Source of the DNA: a virus
Strand: one strand, 5' to 3'
Virus record (IMG/VR): IMGVR_UViG_3300025151_003852
Span: 32,001 to 96,000 of that record
DNA length: 64,000 nt
The notes below the pieces were generated by a model. That model made no database searches and was not told the DNA's origin. It saw only the letters and a program-made list of their open reading frames with translations. A program made the position numbers and the translations under genes. Shown here in pieces: positions 37,809-46,370 of this stretch (positions are counted from its first letter, which is position 1; each line of letters starts with the position of its first letter).

Positions 37809-39571
37809 TCAATTTAAAACATGTAACTCTCAGAAACTTTTTAAGTGTAGGATCAGTTACACAAGCAATTGACTTGCAAAATGAGGAACTAACCCTCATC
37901 TTAGGTGATAACTTAGATTTAGGTGGAGACGGTGCTAGAAATGGTACTGGTAAGACTACTATTATACAAGCAATCAGTTATGCATTGTATGGTGTTCCAC
38001 TTAACAATATCAAACAAAACAATTTAATCAATAGAACTAACGGCAAAGGCATGATGGTGACATTAGACTTTGAAGCCAATGGCGTTGAGTATCGTATTGA
38101 ACGTGGACGTAAGCCTCATGGCATGAAGTTCTTTATCAACGGTGTAGATGAAGAAGACAACGAAGCACAGGGCGAAAATAAAGAGACACAACAAGTTATC
38201 GAAGACATCGTAGGCATGTCTTCAGTGATGTTTAGAAACATCGTTGCACTTAATACATACAGTCAACCATTCTTAAGCATGACACAGGGACAACAACGTG
38301 ATATCATCGAACAGTTGTTGGGTATAACTCTGTTATCAGAAAAAGCAGAGAAGATTAAAATCATTATAAAAAATAACAAAGAAGAAATTCAACAAGAAGA
38401 ATTTAAAGTCCAAGCAATAGAAGAAGCAAACAAAAGAATTGAAGAACAAATAGATAGTCTTAGAAAGAGAGAAAGACTATGGACAGCAAAGACTAATGAA
38501 GATATTGGCACGTTAAAAGATAAGATTGAAACACTAGAAAAAGTGGATATCGATGCCGAATTACTTGGACATAAACAACTTGCTGTCTATAATGCTTTAG
38601 TTAAGGATCATGCAGATATCGACAAATTAATGTTAAGAACTCAAAACGATATTGATAGAGAAACTAAGTCAATAACCAAGTTTGAAAAAGAATTAGATAT
38701 ACTAAAACAAAATAAATGTCACACATGTGGACAAGATATATGCGATGATACGCATATTAGAATCATGGGAGACAAAGAAGAAAGTTTATCAGAGGCTACT
38801 AAACATGCCGAAGAACTAGCAGAAGTTTATGTAGAATTAGAAAAAGAGAAACATTCATTGTTTGAGATAGGAGAGAAACCAGAGACTTATTATAGTTCTG
38901 AAGAAGAGGCTATCGAACATAAGAATAAAATCAAAGACTTGTCAGCACAAGTTAAACGCAAAGAGCAAGAAGAAAATCCATACACAGATCAAATATCTGA
39001 AATGGAGTCTAGTGCATTACAAGAAGCAAACTTTGATAAAGTAAACGAATTATCACGTATAGGAGATCATCAGAAGTTCTTGTTAGACCTATTAACAAGC
39101 AAAGATTCATTTGTACGTAAAAAGATTATTGATCAAAACTTATCTTACTTAAATTCACGTTTAACAAACTACTTAGACAAGATGGGTCTACCTCATCAAG
39201 TAGTATTCCAAAATGATTTGTCTGTAGAAATTACAGAATTGGGCAGAGAGTTAGACTTTGACAATTTAAGTAGAGGAGAACGTAACAGATTAATCTTAGG
39301 ATTATCATTTGCGTTCAGAGATGTTTGGGAGAACTTGTACTTCCCAATCAATACATTGTTTATTGACGAGTTGATTGACTCAGGACTTGACACTATAGGT
39401 GTTGAGAATGCTATGGCTATTCTTAAAGACATGACACGTAGACGTAACAAATCTGTTTGGTTAGTGTCACACAGAGAAGAATTAGCAGGCAGAGTTGCTA
39501 GTGTGTTACAAGTTATTAAAGAGAACGGATTCACTACATACAATTCGACTAGGGAGTTGGAGCAGTTGTGA
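37805..39571 (+). CDS. gp46: Recombination ATPase subunit (Rad50/SbcC-like)
   Basis: Walker A 'NGTGKTT', coiled coil with zinc hook 'CHTCGQ', signature 'LSRGE', Walker B 'LFIDE', H-loop 'VSH'. Confidence 0.9.
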   Translation: MINLKHVTLRNFLSVGSVTQAIDLQNEELTLILGDNLDLGGDGARNGTGKTTIIQAISYALYGVPLNNIKQNNLINRTNGKGMMVTLDFEANGVEYRIERGRKPHGMKFFINGVDEEDNEAQGENKETQQVIEDIVGMSSVMFRNIVALNTYSQPFLSMTQGQQRDIIEQLLGITLLSEKAEKIKIIIKNNKEEIQQEEFKVQAIEEANKRIEEQIDSLRKRERLWTAKTNEDIGTLKDKIETLEKVDIDAELLGHKQLAVYNALVKDHADIDKLMLRTQNDIDRETKSITKFEKELDILKQNKCHTCGQDICDDTHIRIMGDKEESLSEATKHAEELAEVYVELEKEKHSLFEIGEKPETYYSSEEEAIEHKNKIKDLSAQVKRKEQEENPYTDQISEMESSALQEANFDKVNELSRIGDHQKFLLDLLTSKDSFVRKKIIDQNLSYLNSRLTNYLDKMGLPHQVVFQNDLSVEITELGRELDFDNLSRGERNRLILGLSFAFRDVWENLYFPINTLFIDELIDSGLDTIGVENAMAILKDMTRRRNKSVWLVSHREELAGRVASVLQVIKENGFTTYNSTRELEQL

Positions 39572-40584
39572 GTCTAGCCTTGTGGCACTGGCATATTGAA
39601 GTAAGCAGTAAGTGTACTTTAAAGTGCCCACGATGTCCTAGACAAGAAGTTCCTGATACATTAGTCAGTACTGAACTCAAACTAGATTTTTTTAAACAAA
39701 ACTTCCCTGCGTTCTTTATATTAGAACACGTAGAGAAACTAACGTTCTGTGGTGACGATGGCGATCCTATCTATGCACATGACTTCTTAGAAGTCATCCA
39801 GTATTTCAAATCAATTAAGCCTAGTATAGCAATCATTATCGTCACTAACGGATCATATAAAAATGAAGACTGGTGGGCAAGACTAGCAGAAATGCTTGAT
39901 GAGCAAGATCAGATTCACTTCAGTATCGACGGCTGGGACCATGAGAGTAATAATCTCTATCGAATCAATTCTAATTGGTCTAGTATCATTACAGGCGTCT
40001 CTATCATCAATGATAAGTCTAATTGTTATACCGTATGGGACGCAATAGGCTTTAAGTTTAACGAAGATAAGATTGGCGACATGCAGAATTATGCTAGAGA
40101 CTTAGGTTTTGATGCATTTCAATTAACACGTAGCACTAAGTTCGGTAAGATATACGAAGATTCTTATGGGAAAGAAGATGCTTTACAACCACGTGATGAT
40201 CTGTTATCATCTAGTCATAGATTTGAAAGAGAAGTCTTTAAGTTTACAGATAAAACAATTAAAGAACCTTGGATGAAGACAAACATTAAGTTGTATGATG
40301 AATCTAAGTTAGTAGGAAATGAACGACCTCTATGTCATATCGGCAATAAAGGTAGTTACATTAATGCTAGGGGCGAATTTTACCCCTGTTGTTGGGTTGC
40401 TACAAGATATGGACACAACAATAAATGGAATGAAATTGGCAAGAAATATAATCTACATGAATTGAGGTTACCCAAAATTGTAAAAGATAAATTCTGGGAA
40501 GCCGACTTTATACATGACTCTTACGAGTGCCAAACAAAATGTGCCCATCATAGGGTAGATAAAAATTATGCCACCGAGTGGTAA
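39568..40584 (+). CDS. Radical SAM protein with C-terminal SPASM/twitch-like Cys cluster
   Basis: CxxxCxxC (CTLKCPRC), 'CGDDGDP', 'TNGS', 'FSIDG', C-terminal 'C...YINARGEFYPCCW...CQTKC'. Confidence 0.85.
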   Translation: MSLALWHWHIEVSSKCTLKCPRCPRQEVPDTLVSTELKLDFFKQNFPAFFILEHVEKLTFCGDDGDPIYAHDFLEVIQYFKSIKPSIAIIIVTNGSYKNEDWWARLAEMLDEQDQIHFSIDGWDHESNNLYRINSNWSSIITGVSIINDKSNCYTVWDAIGFKFNEDKIGDMQNYARDLGFDAFQLTRSTKFGKIYEDSYGKEDALQPRDDLLSSSHRFEREVFKFTDKTIKEPWMKTNIKLYDESKLVGNERPLCHIGNKGSYINARGEFYPCCWVATRYGHNNKWNEIGKKYNLHELRLPKIVKDKFWEADFIHDSYECQTKCAHHRVDKNYATEW

Positions 40585-40601
40585 GGAGATAACTATATAT
40601 A

Positions 40602-41189
40602 ATGCCATCACCATCTAAGAACAAAGGATCAGGATTTGAACGAGAAGTTGCAAAATTTCTCAGTGAGACTTATGAAGAAAGTTTCATACGTGCTCCTGGC
40701 TCTGGTGCTTATGTAGGTGGCAAAAATCAAAATCGTACAGAGATTTTGCATGAAGGACAAATCAGAAGTTTCAAAGGCGACATTGTTCCCGGAGAAAGTT
40801 TTCACAAGTTAAATGTAGAATGTAAGTTCTACGCAGATTTCCCTTTTCATCAACTTCTTTCTGGTTCATGCAGACAACTAGAAGAATGGCTCGACCAATT
40901 AATGGACGTGCATGATGAAGGGGATTTTGACGTTCTCTTTATGAAGTTTAATCGTAAAGGACGTTTTGTATGTGTACCAAGTAAATACACATTCGTAAGT
41001 GATCAATTCATATATTACACATCAGACAATCATGGTGACTGGGTAATATTTGGATGGGATCACTTTTTTAAATTCAATAAAGATATATTCAAAGCATACG
41101 CAGGCGACACAGAGACCAACTCAGAACCCACCGATGACACCAAGTCAGAACTAAAACTAAACACAACAACAACTACAGTAGACTTTTAA
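40602..41189 (+). CDS. Holliday junction resolvase (Hjc-like PD-(D/E)xK nuclease)
   Basis: 'SKNKGSGFEREVA', 'R.PGSGA', 'GDI', 'VECK'; AGGAG SD upstream. Confidence 0.75.
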   Translation: MPSPSKNKGSGFEREVAKFLSETYEESFIRAPGSGAYVGGKNQNRTEILHEGQIRSFKGDIVPGESFHKLNVECKFYADFPFHQLLSGSCRQLEEWLDQLMDVHDEGDFDVLFMKFNRKGRFVCVPSKYTFVSDQFIYYTSDNHGDWVIFGWDHFFKFNKDIFKAYAGDTETNSEPTDDTKSELKLNTTTTTVDF

Positions 41190-41194
41190 AATTT

Positions 41195-41545
41195 AGTATG
41201 GTCGTAATTTGTACTCGACCCTCCTCGAGGATGCAGTAACCCTGCTGACGGATTTGGAGTAGTGTGTTATACACAATAAACCGACAGGGCAATTGTTATG
41301 GTAGCAAACCCTGAATGAGTTCATATCTACTTTGATTTGATGATATGAAACATGCGTTGCTGAGAGGTCATGCTCATTAGTATGATTGGCTCAACTACAG
41401 CCCAGTAAACATTACAGAGCAACCGGTTGCAATTGATTATAGTAACGTAATCGATTGGGGATAATCAACATGGATGACAGGCGGTAAAGAGGCTTGAATT
41501 TTTCGTGGTAGTGCTGAGTAGCACTACCATGGCTTCAAAACGGTA
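41195..41545 (+). ncRNA. Candidate structured non-coding RNA (family unidentified)
   Basis: No credible ORF. Hand folding gives a continuous series of stems, several needing G-U pairs on the + strand (see findings). Confidence 0.45.
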
Positions 41546-41600
41546 ATAAGACTTTAAACAATAACCATTAAGAACTTTTACTTTATCCTTTTAAATAAGA

Positions 41601-41650
41601 AATTACGAATGAACGAAGTGAATGAGTAATTGGGTCTTCTTTGAAGACCC
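41601..41650. other. Twin hairpins at the convergence point: tandem-GA hairpin plus GGGTCTTC-TTT-GAAGACCC (possible terminator)
   Basis: AATTAC-GA-AT-GA-AC-GAA-GT-GA-AT-GA-GTAATT at 41601-31 and a perfect 8-bp stem at 41632-50, between convergent transcription units. Confidence 0.55.
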
Positions 41651-41668
41651 TTAAGAATGCTCTAGTGT

Positions 41669-41899
41669 TTAGAAGAATGGCATTTGAGTTTTCTTAGTAG
41701 TTTCTAAGTGTTCCTCAATTAATTTGTTTATGGCTTTACGTTCTGATAGGGACATGTTAAGGACATCTTCATATGAGGCACCACCACGCATGTACCAAGC
41801 CAAAGTCAAGGCGTTTGACTTTAAGCCCTGAGTGTATTCTTCATATTTTTGTATTAACTCCCTTATCCCTTCAGGGTCGAGTGAAAGGAGTCTTAGACG
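41669..41899 (-). CDS. gp51-like baseplate hub/tail assembly ORF, probably expressed as the -1 frameshift extension of the upstream gene
   Basis: 76-codon frame RLRLLSLDPEGIRELIQKYEEYTQGLKSNALTLAWYMRGGASYEDVLNMSLSERKAINKLIEEHLETTKKTQMPFF. First ATG only at 41791. Absent from the ORF track. Confidence 0.7.
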   Translation of the reverse strand, partial: RLRLLSLDPEGIRELIQKYEEYTQGLKSNALTLAWYMRGGASYEDVLNMSLSERKAINKLIEEHLETTKKTQMPFF

Positions 41900-42753
41900 A
41901 AAAAATCCGATGCGTTCAATGTGAATGGTTGCTTGTACTCATGTCCACATTCTTCTTTTTCTGGATCATCTGAACCTGCGGTGCATACAATAGTTAGAGG
42001 CTTAATTGTTGATTTCTCTCTAAGTTGCGTGTTGTGATCTCTTATAGTTTCATAAGTTTTCGTGTCAGCATTCTTTAGAAAGTCATGTATATGATCTGTA
42101 TCAGTAACTTCTCCTTCAGGAGTAACAATTTTTACGATTGTTTGAGATAAGATTTCCATTGTGAGTACTGTAATATCTTTCAATGCTTCAGCACTTACTA
42201 AGGTACGTTCTTGTTGATCTTCAATAGCAGATAAGTTTTTGTATTTTGCTTGAATTTCAAACTGTTTTAGACCTGCTTCATTCATTTCTTTGTACTTTAA
42301 GGGCGCAAAATAAATTTCTAACTCATTCATTCTTAAAGGAGTTTCATAATCTCCTGCCCCCAATGATCTTAGTAGAACTTGTAGATTAATACCATATGTA
42401 CCTTCTTCACCGCATTTCTCACATTTAGACTCAACATCAATAGTTTCTTGCCCACCTGCGGCTTTGATAGAGATTAATACTGTATCTAAATCAGTACTTA
42501 ATAATGCCCAAGGATTCTTAATTGCTGGTACACAACTTTTAATAATCTCTACCATGGCTGTACCATTAAACAAAGCATCTGGAGTCTTTGTCGTTATTTC
42601 ATCGATTGCTGTCATAGGATAGACAGGTAATTCTTTGTTCTCAGGCCATTCGATGTCTTCAGGTGCGTAACTTTCCCCACCTGACGGTAAAGAGATATGT
42701 ACAGCGGGTCTACGAAAAAACTGTCGTAGCGGATTATTTTCATTAATTGTCAT
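41893..42753 (-). CDS. Baseplate hub assembly / tail assembly chaperone, gp26-like
   Basis: 'NPL..FFRRP...I.LPS.G', 'PMTAIDE...KTPDALFNG', 'D.D..L..I..A', CxxC (CEKC), C-terminal '...DFFV'. Confidence 0.65.
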   Translation of the reverse strand: MTINENNPLRQFFRRPAVHISLPSGGESYAPEDIEWPENKELPVYPMTAIDEITTKTPDALFNGTAMVEIIKSCVPAIKNPWALLSTDLDTVLISIKAAGGQETIDVESKCEKCGEEGTYGINLQVLLRSLGAGDYETPLRMNELEIYFAPLKYKEMNEAGLKQFEIQAKYKNLSAIEDQQERTLVSAEALKDITVLTMEILSQTIVKIVTPEGEVTDTDHIHDFLKNADTKTYETIRDHNTQLREKSTIKPLTIVCTAGSDDPEKEECGHEYKQPFTLNASDFFV

Positions 42754-42789
42754 ATATGTTCCCCATAATAAAATACGGTATTTTAAAAA

Positions 42790-42817
42790 ACTAAATACTA
42801 GTGTGATTATATTTAGT
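42790..42817. promoter_or_regulatory. Face-to-face pair of late promoters (ACTAAATA on each strand)
   Basis: ACTAAATA (+, 42790-97) and TATTTAGT (-, 42810-17) between the divergent chaperone and tape measure genes. Confidence 0.55.
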
Positions 42818-42860
42818 ATCCCAAAACCATGCTAAATTAAAAATAATAGGACAACATTAG

Positions 42861-45800
42861 ATGGATGATTTTTCACCTGAAGAAATGCGAGAATTTAATG
42901 AGAATTTAAATTCTATGAATGCCTCTTTGGGAGCATTAAATTCAGGACTACAAAATTTATCTAATACCCTAAATCAAACATCACAGGCAAATCAGGAAGC
43001 CGCAAAACAGTCAGAAGAAAACACAAAACAGCAAACATCTTCTACTAATAAAAAGACAGAATCAGATGATAGAGCCGGCGAACAAATAAAAACAACTGCT
43101 GAAAAAATGTCAGGAGCATTGCGAACTGCTACTAGTGCAGTTGTTAGTTTTTCAGGTGCATTAGTTTCAGGTGTTGATGGTTTTGACAAGTATACTAAAG
43201 CAGTATCAGGTTTTGGAGACTCAGCAAAAGAAACTGGTGACGCATTAGGTGGATTCGGTAAGTTTTTAGGTAACGCAGTAAACATATTAGCCGAGTTTAC
43301 AGTCGTTACAATGAAACAGGCTGATGCACAAAATCAGTTTGCAAAAGAAATGAACCGAATGGGTGCTATTGTTGATACAACTACCCAAGGTTTAGCAGAA
43401 CAAGCAAGAGCCGCAGGCGCAAGTGCAGGTGACTTACAAGAATTAGCCGTAGTTATTACTCAAAGTTCTCAAGCATTAGCATCGTTTGGTGCAGGTACTT
43501 CTGAGGGTACAGCAAAAATGCTGGAAGTCTTCAGATTATCTGATGACCAAGAAAGAGAAATGCGTAGATATGGGTACACTCTAAGAGAAGCCCAAGAACA
43601 ACAAGCATATTACATAGAATTGCAAAGAACATCTGGTATTAATATGCAAGCCAGAGAGATGACTGAACAAGATGTTCGTATTAAGTCATTACAGTATGCA
43701 AAAACATTAAACACATTATCAGAGTTAACAGGTATTCAAGCCGGACAACTCAAAGAAGAACAAGCCGCAGTACAAGCAGACTTACGTAATAAGATTCGTA
43801 ATATACGTGATCAAAATGATATTGAAAGACTTAAGCAACAGTTAGACGGCAACATTACTGCTGAAAAAAGAAAATCGATAGAAGCAGAAATAAGAGCAAG
43901 AGAAGAAGAAATACAAGTAAGAGTCGATGCAGGTAACCAATTTGCAGGTTTACTAGGCAGAGACATGGCTGCCAAAGTGATGAACGTTATTGGTACTGGG
44001 GCATTTGATGAGAATACAAAAGAACTAGCAAACTTAGGTCTTAATGCCGCAGAACTTAAAGAAAGATTTGCAGGCTTGACTGCTGGTTCAGACGAATACA
44101 AACAAGCAGTTGCCGAAACAACAGGTGAACTCGTAGGTGGTGTTAGACGAAACGTAGATAGGTTCGGTAAGTCTATGGAACTTGCCGCTAACGCAAGTGA
44201 GATCGGCGCCGCAGTAGGTATTAACGAAAGAACAACAGATACAGCCAGACTTTTTGATAGCCAAGATCAGGCTACGAATAGAGTATTAGAAAGTTTTGAT
44301 AAAGTATCAGAGGCTACACAAGAAGGCGTAGATACACAAAAAGATTTGGCCGCTGAACTACAAGTATTTGAAACTAATGTTAGAACAGCCGCAGATGAGT
44401 TTTTAAATTCGATTAATCCGTTTACAGGTGGATTAGGATTAGGCACTATTGCACTAGGCGGTTTTACAATAGCATTAGGAACCGCTACAACTGCATTATA
44501 TGGCATGGCTGGTTCAGGAGCAGGAAGTGGCATGTTAGACATGTTCACCGGCGGCGGTAACGGTGGCGGTAAACGAGCAAGAGGGTTAAGAGCGGCCGGC
44601 AACTTCTTATCAAAAGGTGTTAGTAGATTAGCCGTACCACTAGCCGCAGGAATGTCTATTTATAGTGGAGTATCAGAAGCAAGTGCAGGACGAGATGAAG
44701 CAGATGCACAACTAGCCCAAGTAACAGACGCCGAAGACTCATCAGTAGCAGAAATATATCGTGCTAAAAAACAGCACGAAATAGACACTAAACAAGCCAA
44801 CAGAAAGGGGGCCGGTACAGCAATCGGCGGTACTGGTGGAGCCATTGCAGGTGCGGCCGCAGGTGCAGCCATAGGTTCGTTTATTCCAATCATTGGAACA
44901 GCAATTGGTGGTATTATCGGCGGAGCCTTAGGAGCATGGGGCGGATCTTCAGCAGGAAGTGCAATAGCAGAAAACTATCTAAGTCCAGAAGACTTAGAAA
45001 TGTATAATGCTAGTGATGCTGAATATGCTTTAATGACTGATGAAGAAAAAGAAAAATATAATGAGATCAGAGATGCTATTAAGGAACAAACACGATTACA
45101 AGAAGAAGAAGCAACACGTTTAGAAAAAGCATATAATGACAATTACGAGGAAATACAGAAGATAGGTCTATATGACAAAGACTTGCTTGGTAATAGTGAA
45201 GTAAACTTTGAAATGCTTGCCCAAATGAGAGACGATGGTACTCTCTCACAAGAAATGCTTGAGGCTATGCTATATGATAATGATTTAAGTGAAGCAGACA
45301 CGGCATTAGTGCAGAAACAGTTAGATTTGATGAAAGCAAACGCCGAAAAAGACGAAGTAAAAGAAAAAGAAAAAGAAGTAGCAGAAGTAAAAGAAGAAGA
45401 AGTAGGTGGCAGAACATTAGATATGTCTCCTGAAAATCTAGCCAAAATATTTGAGGCAGATATAAAAGCAGAAGAAAAAAGAAATGCAGAAAAACAAGCA
45501 GAACAACTTGCACTCGCACAAGCAAAAGAAGAAACTGTTACAGAACAAATTACACCTGAAGTTGTTGCTAATGCATTAAAAGAAACAGGAAGCGGCGCAC
45601 CTATTCCAGGAGTAGTTGATACAGAACAATTATTAGCAACAACAGACGTTGTTGAAAATATGATAGCAGATGCAGGGAAAGCCATTAGTACCCCTGCATT
45701 AGAAGAAATCACAACTACAGCAGAATCTGTCCCTATAGATGATATTTTAAAAGAAGTTCAAGTTTCTTCATCTAAAGTAGCAACTCTTATAGAATCACCT

Positions 45801-46337
45801 GCAATTAAAAAAGCAGTAGATCCACTAGATGAATTAAGAAATATGGATAATGGTTTTGGTGGAACTCTAGGAGACACGGTCACAAGAGACATGGTGAGAG
45901 GTGGATATATTGCTCATGGTCAATTTGGTTCATTAGATCCATTAACAGGTGAAGCACCTGAAATGGAAAGAAGACACTTTGAAACCGAAGAAGAAGCCCT
46001 TAGAGCAATGGCCGCTCCTCAAGAATGGGAAGCACAATTACAAGCAAAGTTGGATGCTAACTTTGCTGAGATGATGGCTGAAATAGATGCAGGATCACCT
46101 GGAACTATGCCCGTTGTTGATATTACTCCAGAACCAACTGAAGAAGAACCTAGTGCTGAAGTACAGTCCGATAGTCAACTTGCCCAAACTGATACTGGTG
46201 GTGGAGAAATGACTGAATTTGAAAAACGTAGTCTAGCCGCACTAGAAAAGCAGAATGAGAGACTTGCTAGAATTGAAAATGCATCTATAGAGACCGCAGA
46301 TGGTACCCAAAAAATTGCAATCAACTCGGCAGTTTAA
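42861..46337 (+). CDS. Tail tape measure protein
   Basis: 1158 aa, helical and Ala/Glu/Gln-rich, with a Gly/Ala hydrophobic segment 'GAIAGAAAGAAIGSFIPIIGTAIGGIIGGALG'; directly before the portal. Confidence 0.7.
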   Translation: MDDFSPEEMREFNENLNSMNASLGALNSGLQNLSNTLNQTSQANQEAAKQSEENTKQQTSSTNKKTESDDRAGEQIKTTAEKMSGALRTATSAVVSFSGALVSGVDGFDKYTKAVSGFGDSAKETGDALGGFGKFLGNAVNILAEFTVVTMKQADAQNQFAKEMNRMGAIVDTTTQGLAEQARAAGASAGDLQELAVVITQSSQALASFGAGTSEGTAKMLEVFRLSDDQEREMRRYGYTLREAQEQQAYYIELQRTSGINMQAREMTEQDVRIKSLQYAKTLNTLSELTGIQAGQLKEEQAAVQADLRNKIRNIRDQNDIERLKQQLDGNITAEKRKSIEAEIRAREEEIQVRVDAGNQFAGLLGRDMAAKVMNVIGTGAFDENTKELANLGLNAAELKERFAGLTAGSDEYKQAVAETTGELVGGVRRNVDRFGKSMELAANASEIGAAVGINERTTDTARLFDSQDQATNRVLESFDKVSEATQEGVDTQKDLAAELQVFETNVRTAADEFLNSINPFTGGLGLGTIALGGFTIALGTATTALYGMAGSGAGSGMLDMFTGGGNGGGKRARGLRAAGNFLSKGVSRLAVPLAAGMSIYSGVSEASAGRDEADAQLAQVTDAEDSSVAEIYRAKKQHEIDTKQANRKGAGTAIGGTGGAIAGAAAGAAIGSFIPIIGTAIGGIIGGALGAWGGSSAGSAIAENYLSPEDLEMYNASDAEYALMTDEEKEKYNEIRDAIKEQTRLQEEEATRLEKAYNDNYEEIQKIGLYDKDLLGNSEVNFEMLAQMRDDGTLSQEMLEAMLYDNDLSEADTALVQKQLDLMKANAEKDEVKEKEKEVAEVKEEEVGGRTLDMSPENLAKIFEADIKAEEKRNAEKQAEQLALAQAKEETVTEQITPEVVANALKETGSGAPIPGVVDTEQLLATTDVVENMIADAGKAISTPALEEITTTAESVPIDDILKEVQVSSSKVATLIESPAIKKAVDPLDELRNMDNGFGGTLGDTVTRDMVRGGYIAHGQFGSLDPLTGEAPEMERRHFETEEEALRAMAAPQEWEAQLQAKLDANFAEMMAEIDAGSPGTMPVVDITPEPTEEEPSAEVQSDSQLAQTDTGGGEMTEFEKRSLAALEKQNERLARIENASIETADGTQKIAINSAV

Positions 46338-46370
46338 CTAAATATATAATATAAAGAGAACCTATACCAC

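Noticed and set aside
41285-41353. Hammerhead ribozyme-like look (CTGAATGAG ... stem ... GAAAC)
   Set aside because: The core has an extra base relative to CUGANGA, the GAAA is used up within the TTCATATC/GATATGAA stem, and I could not build stems I and III with an NUH site. Kept only as part of the ncRNA candidate.
41225-41500. Resemblance to RNase P RNA (GTAAAC...GAGCAA), group I intron or tmRNA
   Set aside because: No GAGGAAAGUCC and matching P4 partner, no convincing P7 R/S pair or interrupted host gene, and no tRNA-like ends.
41773-41973. 66-aa plus-strand ORF (MRHHHACTK...)
   Set aside because: Antisense shadow of the gp26/gp51-like junction, with no SD or recognisable content.
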